A stretch of 63,026 nucleotides of DNA, counting the filler, from Octopus bimaculoides (lineage: Eukaryota), in NCBI RefSeq assembly GCF_001194135.2. It is 7 parts of 6 records of this genome, joined end to end, with 100 filler letters (N's around TTAATTAATTAA, not from the genome) between each part and the next. Parts side by side here need not be neighbours in the genome. Positions count along the whole stretch, not along the records: positions 18,850 to 44,227 come from NC_068996.1; 6 more parts are not named here. The stretch is one strand, 5' to 3'. Below, piece by piece: positions 25,755 through 38,089 of this stretch. Made by a program: the position numbers and the translations under genes. The notes beneath the pieces were generated by a model. That model was not told where the DNA came from, made no database searches, and saw nothing but the letters and a program-made list of their open reading frames with translations. Every line of letters starts with the position of its first letter. The stretch's first letter is position 1.

Positions 25755-25984
25755 TTTGCATTTTTCCAATAATAATGTATATGACATGAGATGTTTGTCT
25801 TGCCTTAACGTTTGTTGACCTAATTATATATATATATATATATGTATATTTATAAATATAAATACAATATAGAGATAGGTTTTAAAGTAAAAAGACTACA
25901 CATCGTATAAATAGGAAAAAGAAAATAGAGAAAATGCACATTCGATTAAAAAAAATAAAGGCTTTTTTAAGAAAAGCAAAGATA

Positions 25985-26202
25985 TATACATATGTGCGCG
26001 CGCACACAGACACACTCGCACACATGTACATAGGCATTCAAACCAATGCTGACTGACCTGGCATTCCCCCCTCCTTCCCAACTCCATCATAAAACCCAAT
26101 TTCCTCTCAACCCTTTCTGCCAAAAAATGTAGGCTCAAAACATCAAAGACTTGTCCATTCTTTCCAAGCATCTAACTAATACACCTGTTTGTTGTTTTTT
26201 CA
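25985..26202 (+). repeat. ~215-bp repeat with a second hammerhead-like motif (26113-26148); inverted partner at 28845-29080
   Basis: Reverse complement of 28845-29080 over its whole length. Confidence 0.8.
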
Positions 26203-26264
26203 GCTTTTGTTTTCTGTAAATTTAAAGTATATATCTATACATATATGTATGTGTGTGTGTCTGG

Positions 26265-28260
26265 GGTTATATGAGGAGATGTATGGGAGTATTTTTAGAA
26301 CTGGTGTAGTATTTCAGTTAACTTCCTTAATGTTTGTATGTCTATTTCTTTCACATGTTTAATTCCATCATTTATTAATGATGTTGGATAATATCTCCTG
26401 ATTAATGTTGATTTAAATTCAAGGAGTCTTTGTTCACGAGTATTGGTATCCGAAACTATGGTACAGATTCTTTTCGCTAGATTATAAGGTCTATTAATTT
26501 CTATGTGTTTGGGGTGGCATGAGTTGAATAATAGGTATTGTTTTGAATCTGTAGGTTTATAGAAGATGTCCTTTTCGATATGGTTATTGACTATTTTAAT
26601 TAGGATGTCAAGAAAAGGGAGCTGTTTACTGCTGTATTCCATGGTGAATTGTATGTTGCTATTGGTATTGTTGTGCATTATTTTGAAATTGAGGAGTTCA
26701 TCCATGCTATCATTCCAAAGTATAAAGCAATCATCTAAGTACCTCTTCCAGTTCTCCTTTAAATGTGGAACTGTAACGGGAACTTGAGCTGCACCAGTGA
26801 TTGTGAACCTTGTAACAAGTTATCTAGAACTTGAAATATATCAATCATCATTACAAAAATATGGTATCTCATTTCATTGCTATTTAAAGGAGAACTGGAA
26901 GAGGTACTTAGATGATTGCTTTATACTTTGGAATGATAGCATGGACGAACTCCTCGATTTCAAAATAATGCTCAACAATACCAATAGCAACATACAATTC
27001 ACCATGGAACACAGCAGTAAACAGCTCCCTTTTCTTGACATCCTAATTAAAATAGTCAATAACTACATCGAAACAGACATCTTCTATAAGCCCACAGATT
27101 CAAAACAATACCTATTATTTAACTCATGCCACCCCAAACACATAAAAATTAATATACCTCATAATCTAGCGGAAAGAATCTGTACCATTGTTTTGGGTAC
27201 CAATACTTGTAAATTAAGACTCCTTGAACTTAAATCAACACTAATCAGGAGACATTACCCAATATCATTAATAAATGATGGGATTAAACGAGCGAAGGAA
27301 ATAGACATACAAACATTGAGGGAAGTTAACTGAAATACTACACCAGTTCTAAAAATACTCCCATACATCTCCACACACAACTCAAGAAACGATGAAGCCT
27401 TCAACATCATCATCCAAAATCTACCCATTCTCACTGGAAATAAAACAATGAGCAAAATTCTAAGCTCACACAAAATTATCAAGAGCAAAATGCAATCAAA
27501 ATCATTGAAAAAATATTAACCAGTGCAAGACTATAGCCATTAATAATGGAACCAAAAGTGAAAAAATGCAGGCTACCTAACTGTGGCATATGTCCCCACC
27601 TTTTGTGGGGTACAGAGTTTCACTTCAAACAAAGCGAAATATTTAAGATAAAATCAAATTTCACTTGTGCCTCTGAAAACTTAATGCTATTGCCTGCTTA
27701 GGGTGTGGAAATCACTATATAGGCCAAACAGGGATGTCACTCCAAAGAAGAACAACTCTTCACAAAGAACAAATCTGCTCTCCACAATATAGATAGATAC
27801 AGGTCAGTGAGCACATAGAAAGATGTGTTAGGAACCTTAAACTGAACTTCGTAATTTTCCCTTTTTATCAATGTTCACAGAACACCTCAGTACAGCAAAG
27901 ATTAAATAAAGAGGCAACTTTCATGATTAAATATCATCCACAACTCAACATGAATACACAACTTAATACAGGACACTACTAACCTTACCAATACCAATAA
28001 TTACAACTAATCTCCATATATCCCATACACCATTCATAGTCCAGTATTTATATCCACCTGAATTGCATTACTTCCAGAACTGCTTACCTCCCTTGCATGT
28101 AATCTTTTCACTCAGGTACTATTAGACCCAACACGGTTTGGAAATCAGTGTTCATTCAAAGTCAGTGATCAGCTCTGATGATACCAGTATGACTTTGAAT
28201 CTTTATAATGATTCATAATAAAGATTTATATACTTCATAATTCCACCTCAAATAATCTTA
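26265..28260 (+). mobile_element. 5'-truncated Penelope-like element with an inverted ~500-bp duplication of its RT/thumb region
   Basis: + strand WKRYLDDCF...FLDI...YKPTDSKQYL...SCHPKH, then GIY-YIG remnants (CLGCGNHYIGQTG, ~27690-27740). 26265-26764 is the reverse complement of 26882-27383. Confidence 0.88.
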
Positions 28261-28446
28261 TTGTATGTATATGTCTTTGCTTTTCTTAAAAAAGCCTTTA
28301 TTTCAAAAATCTAATGTGCATTTTCTCTATTTTCTTTTCAATTTCCCTTTATATATATATGTGTGTCTGTGTGTGTGTATACACACACACATACATATAT
28401 ATTTATAGATATATACTTCAAATTTACAGAAAAAAAGATTACACTA

Positions 28447-28634
28447 CTCTTTTACTCTTTTACTTGTTTGAGTCATTTGACTGCGGCCATGCTGGAGCAC
28501 CGCCTTTAGTCGAGAAAATCGACCCCAGGACTTATTCTATCAGTCTCTTTTTGCCGAACCGCTAAGTTGCAGGGACGAAAACACACCAGTATTAGTTGTC
28601 AAGCGATGGTGGGGGGGACAAACACAAACGCACA

Positions 28635-28700
<66 letters not shown>

Positions 28701-28841
28701 TACGACAGGCTTCTTTCAGTTTCCGTCTACCAAATCCCGAGGCTATAGTTAAAGACACTTGCCCAAAGTGCCACGCAGTGGGACTGAACCCGGAACCATG
28801 TGGTTGGTAAGTAAGCTACTTACCACACAGCCACTCCTCCT
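28447..28841 (-). mobile_element. Family B SINE, CpG largely retained (younger insertion)
   Basis: Collinear with other family B copies, with an internal (TACA)n/(TA)n tract. Confidence 0.88.
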
Positions 28842-28844
28842 AGT

Positions 28845-29080
28845 TGAAAAAAAACAACAAACAAGTGTAGTAGTTAGGTGCTTGGAAAGAATGGACGAGT
28901 CTTTGACGTTTCAAGCCTGCACTCTTTGGTAGAAAGGGTTGAGAGGAAACAAAATTGGGTTTTATGATGGAGTTGAGAAGGTGGGGGGAATGCCAGGTCA
29001 GTCAGCATTGGTTTGAATACCTATGTACATGTGTTTGTGAGAGTGTGTGTCTGTGTGTGCATATATATTTATGTAATATG
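28845..29080 (-). repeat. Inverted partner of 25985-26202, with hammerhead-like motif at 28901-28936
   Basis: - strand reads CTTT-CTACCAA-A-GAGTgcagGCTT-GAAA-CG-TC-AAAG. Confidence 0.8.
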
Positions 29081-30619
29081 CATATATATGTTTCCACAAT
29101 GCTTACATTACTGTCTCTACTGCCAAATAGCTCCATTCCAGGACTCACATCTTTTTATCACACGCCACACATTTCCTCTCAGGTTACTTTTATTGCCACC
29201 CAACACATAATCTTACCTTCATCACACTATTCACCCTTACACCTATAGGATACCTTTTGACTTTTCTTTCATCTATGCACTCCCTTATTATTTTCCCCAA
29301 TTTCTATCCTCTTTTGTTCTCCATGTTCTCTGCCTACCTCCACATGTAGGATGCTTTCATGGCAATCACATCCTCCTCCTCTCTTCCCTTACTGCCTCCT
29401 CCTGCCTCTCCTCATCTCTCTCCTCTCGCTTCCTTCCCTCCATCCTACTTTTATTGCACCCTTCACCATCTCCTTGTACCTCTCTCTCTTCTTGTTTATC
29501 ATTACCCTCTCTGCTGCAAGTTTCCTGCCTCTTCAGTACCTCTCTTCTTTCTGTATCTGACCTTTCTCCATATCTCTCTTTCCTTTATTGACTTTCTCTG
29601 GACTCTTCTCCACTCATCAATTGCTAAACTACTCTCTTCTAGCTCCTTTTTTGTCACACTGTCTGTCTGTACTAATTCTGCATAATGTTTGCTCACCCTG
29701 TACTCTGCCTCGTACAACTTATCTTATTAGTTTTGAACTCTGTCCTTCTCTCTCTCTCATTAAAACCTCCTCTGTCCCTTGTTCCCTTCCTTATCCCTGT
29801 GTTTTCTTACCATACCTCATTGCTTCCCCGAGAATCATTACCCACTTTGTCTTGCTTTTAGTTATAGGGGCCACTTTAAGTCCTTAACCTTGTAAGTTAT
29901 AGAGCAATCATCACTAGTGTGAGTAGTATGAGAAAAGCACTCAGTACATACTGTTAAATGATGGGCATCAGAAACCATGGCAAATTAGACATTGGTGCAT
30001 GATTTGGTTCCCTGCCAAACTACCCCATCTATGTGGAATCTAGATGTTAGGAGGAGGTGGTCGTGATGTGTACATGTCGTTCCTGTGTGTATATGCATGT
30101 GTTATATATGTATTTACAAATGTGTATAGTGGTGATGGGGGTGGCAGTAAATCTGATTAAACCAAAGAAACATGTTCTCATTGTTTTATTTTTTATATTT
30201 GCAATACTTACTTTCTCATGACAAACCTGTCATCTTTCGGTAATCTACCATTCATCTTTCACATTTTTAGTTTTTTGTTTTTAAGACTTTGGCTTTGGAA
30301 TATGCTTTTATCCATGCTCTGATTTCTATCAACTGATTTATACACATGTATGGGAAAATTTAAGTTGTGTAACTTGGCTTTCTTGTTTTAGAAAACAATG
30401 TAAGATGTTCATAGAATTTAAAAACTTAAAAAAGTGACAGGAGAAAGTTAATTCAAAGAATTGTAATAGAACACCAGTTTTGAGAATCTAGTTTTAAATT
30501 TATAAGGAAAATTGTGAAATTGCTTTCATTTATTGATTTCATTGATAGATTTAATATAGATGCATAATTTTCTCACAAAAATTGTTTTAAATGAATTAAA
30601 TTTTTTTTTTTTTTTTCAG

Positions 30620-30688
30620 TTGGGCTATAGAATTTGGTTCAAATGGTCTAAATGAAATCCTTCGAAATCTTACTTATTGTTGTGACCT
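30620..30688 (+). CDS. DIAPH: Diaphanous formin exon: (S)WAIEFGSNGLNEILRNLTYCCD(L)
   Basis: Poly-T + CAG acceptor, GTAAGT donor, 69 nt, phase 2/2. Matches SWV..FG.EGL. Confidence 0.92.
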
Positions 30689-30908
30689 GTAAGTAGTTTT
30701 GCCATTTGGATATGCCTTTTCTTTTCACATAAAAGTTAACTGTAGTATATTTACGACAATTTTAAAAAGTTTAATTTCTTTGCATTCTTTGAAACTTTAA
30801 CTACAATTAATATTAAATTACATTGAAAGTGAGATTTCATTTTCTCTAAGAAAATTTCTATTTGTAGCTGTTTGAAATGTTAAATCAAATTAACTTTTCA
30901 TTTTGTAG

Positions 30909-30972
30909 CAAACAGGAGCGAAGGAGTACATATGAATGTGTGAGATGCTTGAAAGTTTTTATGAATAATCAG
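30909..30972 (+). CDS. DIAPH: Diaphanous formin exon: KQERRSTYECVRCLKVFMNNQ
   Basis: TTTTGTAG/GTAAAA, 64 nt, phase 2/0. Matches CLKAFMNN. Confidence 0.93.
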
Positions 30973-31657
30973 GTAAAACATGAATTAACAATTTAAATTA
31001 TAAAGTAATATGTGAGTTCTATCAACTAAGTTTACTAACTGAAAATATATGCCATTGATTCAATTTCTATTTTATTTTTAAATTTTTACTTTTTGTTGTA
31101 ACTTATTGTAATGTTTGCAAATATTTTGAATAAAATATATTTTGTGAATGCAATAAAAACTAATTTGTTTACTTTTATGACATAGAATGTAAAATATTTT
31201 CTCTCTCTCTGTTGTTACTAAAATTCAAATAACATGATGAGAAAGCAATATTTTAATCTTATGTTTATGTGCAGGCAAGGCTGTGTAATTAAGGTTTGCT
31301 TCACTTTTATGTGGTTTTTTCATGTTATGTCGTTCATTTCCACTTCATGCAAATGTCTGCCAGTGTTAGATTGAACAAAGCCATGAGAGTGAGATTTGAT
31401 AGACCGAAATGTGTGGATGTCCTTCATAGGGATTGTTACTCAGTGGTACCTTTAATCTGCCATAAGAGCTTTTACTGGAGCTCTTTCTTTTGCAAGCATT
31501 CATGCCCAGACTCTAGTCTAAGAATAGCTTCATGTTTTCACAGAGGCTCTGGAAATGGTTATGATTGCTTTCTCCTGTGACTAAGCCCCAAAACAATATT
31601 TAAATTTAAAAAACACCTACACTTACTGTAAACAGATTAGTAAAATGTCTTCAGCTA

Positions 31658-33633
31658 CCGTGTTTCCCTGAAAATAAGACCTAAGCAGAAAATAAGACCT
31701 AGCATGAATTTTCAGGAGGATTTTAATATAAGCACTTCTCTTAAAATACGCCCTAGTTGAGAGTGGCAGACAGACGAAAGAAATAAGCAGCCTCTTCATA
31801 TTCATGCAAACCATTTTGTTGCGGTGTATTCACTGTTCAAAATATCTTTTAGACAGCTAAAAATAATGATGTCACAAAATCTATCCTGGCGTCTCTTTTG
31901 TGACTCAAATATTAACAAGCTATACATCAATTGGCAGCCCATGTTCGGAGCTTTCAAATGTGTCATAAGATTTTCGTCAGTGGTCAGTACTGGTTAGTAG
32001 ATGCAAAAAACAATAAAGTACACATTTCTTTCAAGGCAAAAATCTCCCGGAAAACATGATGAAATTGAATAGAAAATCAATTTGTCAGGTCATTTTCACC
32101 CCAAGACAAGATGAATGCAAGAAGAAAGAGTTGTTCCATTGAGTACAAGAAAGGAGTCATGGAGGAATCATTGGGCAATAATTTTACTGGTTTCTGCAAA
32201 GAAAAGAATTTGGATCTCCAAATGGTTCAAAAATGGCAAGAAGACTACGATAAACTCAGTCAACAAGTGGACGAGGGAAATGCAACCACTATTTTCTGAG
32301 CTGGAAGATGTCATCTGTGAATGGGTTACTGACAGGAGAGCAAAGGCTTTAGTTGTTCACAAGATTGATAATCAAGCATTTGTCCACAGTATGATATATT
32401 TCCATCAGCGACATGATTTTTCTCTGAGAAGGCTGACAACACTGTTCAAACTGGAAGATACCAAGATTATTAAATGTGCACTTGCATTTAAGTTCTTTGT
32501 TGATGGGATATCATCATCATCGTTTAACGTCCATTTTCCATGCTGGACTTTTCTAAATATCATCTTTCTAACTCTCTAACATGATTGCTATGGATGAAAC
32601 TGCAGTGTTCATGGGCCATGGATCTCAATCAGCAATTGATTAAAGGGGTATGTCATCAATCTACATTCCTTCCACTGGTTATGAAAGTACACAAGCTACA
32701 TGTATTTTGGCAGTTCGTCTCGATGGAAGTAAAGCCCCATCTCTAATCATCACTAAAGGCAGGAAGGATAAAACTGAATGCTTTTCAGGCATCTGTTTTC
32801 TGGAAACTAAAAAGGCATGGTGCACACAGGCAGTTTTAAGGAAGTGGATCAATTTCATGCTGCCACTTATTTTTCAAGGAGGCCAATTAAATCTGATAGT
32901 CTGGGATTTAGCTAGCGCACACCACGCAAAAGACATTGAAATTCCTTGCAGAAAGAATAGATAAAATCATGATTCCTGCAGGAATGACTGCCTATCTCCA
33001 TACTCTTGACATTGCAATAAATAAACCATTCAAGGCCCATTTATGCATGGAAATCAATGACTACATTAACAACAGAATGGTGAGAAATCAGCATGGAAAT
33101 TTTGTGAAACTCAGCCTGCAAGAGAAAATGCCTTGGGTGACTAATTCATGGAACAAAATCACAGACAGCTGTGTTGCCAATGCATTACGAATAGGAGGCT
33201 ATCTGGACAAGAACTTCTCATTCAATGAGACTCTACTACTTGACATGAGAGACTGGGGATGAAAGTTCTGCAGGAAATAGTCACACGAAAACTCCACAGG
33301 AATTTTGGAATCTGGTGATTTGTAGAACAATGACATGACCGTTTTTGAATAAATTGTTGTTAATGTGTTTCTGAGTAAAAGAACATGTAAATCGTCAAGT
33401 AAATGTAGATCGTTTCCGTAATTTCTGTTTAATAAATTTCTGTTGTTATAAATCAAGTAAATGTAGATTATTTTTTGTAATTTCTGTTTATTTAGTAATT
33501 TCATAATTTTCTATTTTGTAACGTTATTTTTTGGTGCATGAAAAAAATATGAACTCCCCTGAAAATAAGCCCTAATGCATCATTTCAGAGTGAAAATTAA
33601 TATAAACCCTATCTTATTTTCAAGGAAACACAG
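31658..33633 (+). mobile_element. pogo-like DNA transposon (1976 bp) with TIRs and TA TSD; transposase pseudogene at ~32111-33260
   Basis: TA|CCGTGTTTCCCTGAAAATAAGAC...ATCTTATTTTCAAGGAAACACAG|TA. Contains MDETAVF, IVWDLASAH and LDIAINKPFKAHL (DDE_1) plus CENPB-like HTH, in several frameshifted pieces. Confidence 0.92.
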
Positions 33634-33813
33634 TATTATCTATGTTGATTTTATTTACTTAAAGTCAGAACATAAGTCTTTAAATTTTAGATGATCTTAG
33701 ATAAATTTGTAAACATTTTCAGTTTTTTTACTTTAGAAATAGTTGAGCTTTCATTGCAGATTTCATTATTTTTTTTTAGTTCATTAAAAATACACATTTT
33801 CTTCTTTATTCAG

Positions 33814-33947
33814 GTTGGTTTGCTCAAATTCATCAACCATGAAGAAGCCTTAACAATTTTAGCAAGAACTATAGATCCTTCTGATGCAACTACAATGTTA
33901 GAAGCTGTTAGGCTTATAGCTGCCATTTGCTTGGTAACACCATCAGG
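33814..33947 (+). CDS. DIAPH: Diaphanous formin exon: VGLLKFINHEEALTILARTIDPSDATTMLEAVRLIAAICLVTPS(G)
   Basis: CTTTATTCAG/GTAATG, 134 nt, phase 0/2. Matches LARAIDP...M.E.VK.LSAIC. Confidence 0.95.
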
Positions 33948-34849
33948 GTAATGCTTGTTTATATATTTTTTATTGTTGACATTTTTAAGTAAATATAACT
34001 TTAAAAGACAATTGAGAATCAATATTTTTATATTGTTAGATCTTAAACATAAAGCAAAATGATTTGATCTTAAAAGCAAAGATAATTTATCTGAAAATGG
34101 ATGTAAAATAGTTATGTAGTTTTGTGTATGTGTATTTGTATGTTAAGAAATTTGTTTTACAGTTATGAGGTCCTAGCTTCAGTCCCACTTTGGCATCTTG
34201 GGCAAGTGTCTTCTACCATAATTTCAGATTGATTTTTATGAATGAAATTGTTTAGGGTAATTTAACCTGTATAAAAAGGGTACAGTAGACTGTGGAGTAC
34301 TCATTATATTATAATTCAATGGGAAGACATTTGAGTTTATCAAACAACCAAAGTACTCCTCATTGAAATTGAGAGATCCATTTACTTTAATTTGTACTCA
34401 TATCTATGTTTGTTCTGCAACAATTATGAATTTGAGACATCTGCTGGCACATTTCAAGGAGACATAAGAAAGATGTACCTCTACCAATATCTAGCAAATG
34501 CTAAAATAAAAAGAAGCTGTATGAATGACATACAGCATATCCATGTAAACTATGTGGCCACAAGAGATGCAGTGAGATTGCAGGTAGGCTTACAGAAGAC
34601 TTCTTATGCAGTAGACGTGCTTTTCCCATAAAATAAATTCTTTCAAATGCTTGAAAGAATTCCTAGAAATGGTTGATTATATTTTCTTACTTAGGTAGCT
34701 TAATCAGAAGTGAGAGTGTTACAAAAGCTACTGACCAGAGTAAGAACAGAGTGGAGACAGTTCAGGGTGTTATTACTTTTGCTGGTTATGAAAGGGGACT
34801 ACCTCCTCTGCTGGGAATGCTTGTATATGAAATACAATGTTGCACAATA

Positions 34850-35150
34850 GCAAAATGTTGACAAGGTTTGGGAGGAAGTGAGACAAACATAATCTATTGT
34901 GCATTTACATTGGAGCAGAAGTGAACTGAGAAAATTTGGATATAAAAAAACCCCAGTTGTTGTGTACAACAGAGAAGACTGAGTTGTCATCAACATGTGA
35001 TGTATCTGGAGGACAACTGGGTAAAGAGATGCCAAGAAATCTAAACTGAAGGAACTGCATAAGACTAAGATCACAGAAGAAATGGTGAAAACTGATCTTT
35101 GGATGCTTAACCTGACAATGCAGATGATAAAATATCTCAAATGGTGAGAT
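34850..35150 (+). mobile_element. Degenerate RTE LINE C-terminal fragment
   Basis: ...QQRRLSCHQHVMYLEDNWVKRCQ...EEMVKTDL resembles RTE RRL.W.GHV.RM....VK.C. Confidence 0.5.
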
Positions 35151-36254
35151 GTTGGACTGAAAACCCATCCAGATAATGAAAGCATAGAATATGGACATAT
35201 AATGTTGATAACAAATACAAATTATTTTACATGCATTTTTTCATATTACTGAATGCTAAAAATTAAACCACGAAGAAAAAGTGGACTCTACTTTTTGTCA
35301 ATCGTGCACACAATGGAAGAAAGCATTTCATTGTACACAGTGCAACTAGTCAGTGTATCATTAATTCCTTAGAAATGCTAAAATCCATCATTAACTTTAT
35401 CATTCATGTTCATGTATGTCTATATTTATTCTAACAACAGAAATGAATTTGGAATGACTTTAAGAATAACTTAACTTTTTTCATAATTATTATAGATTAA
35501 ATAATGTATGTATCTCTACAAGCCAGACATTTGCATTGTCAAAAGAAAACTCAAATAAATACAACTTTATGAGACAATTGAGAGTCAATATTTTAATATT
35601 GTTAGATCTTAAACATAAAGCAAAATGGTTCAATCTCAAAATGTAAAATGTATTAGCCTTTGCTGATGATGCAGATGTAGATTTAAAACTTATTGGTTTT
35701 TGAAATGATAACTTCAGTGGTGGGTTTCAATGAATTAAAATACCAAAGTATATACAATCCCATTGGGGTGAATCAATGTAACACGGGTGAAGAGCACAAA
35801 AAAACACAGTGCTACAAGAACTCTGTTTCACTGAGGTGGATAGGTTTTCTCAAGAACCTCATATCATCAGACATCTCTGTCCTTTGTTATCTATTTCATG
35901 AGGTTCAGTGTCTTTAGATCAGCCCTCATCACTCCATTCCACATTTTCTTAAGTCTCCCTTGTCCACAAATTCCATCCGCATTTAGCGATCCACACTTCT
36001 TTATACATCTGTCCTCATTCATCTGCATCACATGACCAAACCATCACAGTCTTCTTTCTGGCATATTACATCTGATTGCTTTTTTTCCTAATCTTTCTCT
36101 CAGCACATTCATACTTTGTCATACATGCACACTTATGTTACACATTCAATGAAGCATGCTAGATTAGTTTATTTGTGGAAGAAGGGGACCCAGGAGGATG
36201 TGGGACAAAGTATTGACAGCTCCCAAAACACTGAACTTTACAAAGGAGATGACA

Positions 36255-36590
36255 GAGGACCAAGATATGTGGTGCATTACTGTATGCAAGATGACCCACC
36301 TACCACAACAAAAGGTGCCACATAAGAAGCATTGGTGTGGACACTGGTGCCATGTAAAATGTGTGTGGATGCTGGTACCATGTAAAGTGCCAGTGTCACA
36401 TAAAAAGCATTGATGTTGGTGTCATGTAAAAGCGCTGGTGATGGTGCCTGTAAAGTAGATGGCATTAGGAAGAGCATCCAAGCCAAAACAGACTATGGAA
36501 CTTAGTGCAAACCCTGACCTTGCCAGCTCCTGTCAAGCTATCCAACCCATGCTAGCATGGAAAACAGATGTTAAATGTTGATGATGATGA
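36255..36590 (+). repeat. Retroposon 3' tail with internal imperfect GGTGCCA(C/T)GTAAAA minisatellite and (GAT)n end
   Basis: Several imperfect units followed by CCAACCCATGCTAGCATGGAAAACAGATGTTAAATGTTGATGATGATG. Confidence 0.65.
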
Positions 36591-37323
36591 TATATCCTCT
36601 GTACTCAGGGCCCATACCTAACTACTATGTAGCATGACTGTTTGTATACAAGCATCATACACTCTGCCTTTCATTCTGAGAGAAAGATTTTTCATTGCCA
36701 ACAGATGTTGATAATACATACTGAAGAAAGGCATGGGTAGTATTATGCACACATTAACTTTATCTGGAATGATAAAATTAAAATGCCATTTTTCTGAGTT
36801 TGCATTTAAATACTTGTTTTATAATGAGTCCTAGAGAACAGAAAAAAATGAGGATCTAGCCAGATACTGCATATTATGATTTACTGAAGCTGCTGACCAT
36901 GTTTGAAATGGGGAGAAATAGTAAAAGCAGATTGGCTAGTGTTGTGTGCATGATATTTTTTATGTTGTGGTCTGTTTGTTATGGAAATGAAATATATGTT
37001 GAGGAGAGAGAAAGAAAGAGGCAGGTAGAGTCACATGAGTCACTCAGTTACAACACTTTAATTCACACCCATTGTACTTGTATTGTGTGTGTGTGTATGT
37101 GTATTATCATTTTGATTTCCTTAAAGACCTAATGCCATTGTCTCTTGACTTTGGGCATAAGCTGTAAAGCCAATTACTGATATGCATTTTCCCAATCTTT
37201 ACATATTTGAGGGTGGTCCTAAGATATAAAAAAAAAAAAGAAAAATTATTTGTGGTGCCAGTTTTCATTATTAATTTTACTCCAAAACTGATATTGTCTG
37301 TAATTTTCAATTTTAACTTTTAG

Positions 37324-37432
37324 TCATGATAAAGCTTTAGAAGGAATTACCTCATGTGCTGAAATACGATCACAGCCTAGATTCCAGCCTATTATCAAGG
37401 GGCTTGAAATGACAGACAACTTACCAATGCAG
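37324..37432 (+). CDS. DIAPH: Diaphanous formin exon: HDKALEGITSCAEIRSQPRFQPIIKGLEMTDNLPMQ
   Basis: CTTTTAG/GTTTGT, 109 nt, phase 2/0. Matches RF.PIV.GL. Confidence 0.93.
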
Positions 37433-38089
37433 GTTTGTAATTAGAACTTCTTTCATTTATGCATTCATAATATTTTAAAATTAAATTTCTAAACAACGAA
37501 GTGTTAACGTGAAGCAGTATTTAGGTATGAGCAGAATTTAGGTTAGTTGAAATATGTTTGCCACATATTTCAACTGCTAAAAGGTAAATACACTGAGGTT
37601 TAATATGGCATATGAAAGAGAAAAAAGTGTTTGGCTTGCTGGTCACAATATGCCATACCAAAAAAGAAACCAAGACATTTGCAGCTTAAGACATACTCCT
37701 TAGATGACCATATTTTATCTAGGGAAGTGGATGAATAATCTTTTCAGTGTACCTCCAGAACTGAATATTGAGTATTTTGGGTTTATACTAGAGGAGTATG
37801 GTGATATACAACCATGAAATCATCCCCAAAAGTGAACTTGTCTGTGGTCAGGGTGGAGGTGGAAATTCTGCCTACTGCAGAAAATTTTTGCAAAATTTCT
37901 GACCTCATTTACATGGAGAGCATGGAGCTCATAAGAGTGGTGATAAAGGGCAAAAGACAGAATGTTATGTCTGTAGAAGTACTACCCATCAAACGGCTTG
38001 GCTTTCTACCCTCAATGAAAGAAATTTAAACCACCTCTGTTGCCAACACCACAACTACATCTACAACAATACCATCAGTAGGAGGACAC

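Noticed and set aside
4819-26900. PLE RT at 4819-5480 and PLE at 26790 onward as two halves of one mis-assembled copy
   Set aside because: They overlap at the AAPVI..L...YLE motif but differ at many positions (IANLTMGYLEVI vs IVNLVTSYLELE), so they are separate copies of a family.
28173-28210. CTGATGA at the 3' end of the intronic PLE as an intact hammerhead
   Set aside because: No GAAA...TH half or stem I complement could be assigned; at most a decayed relic.
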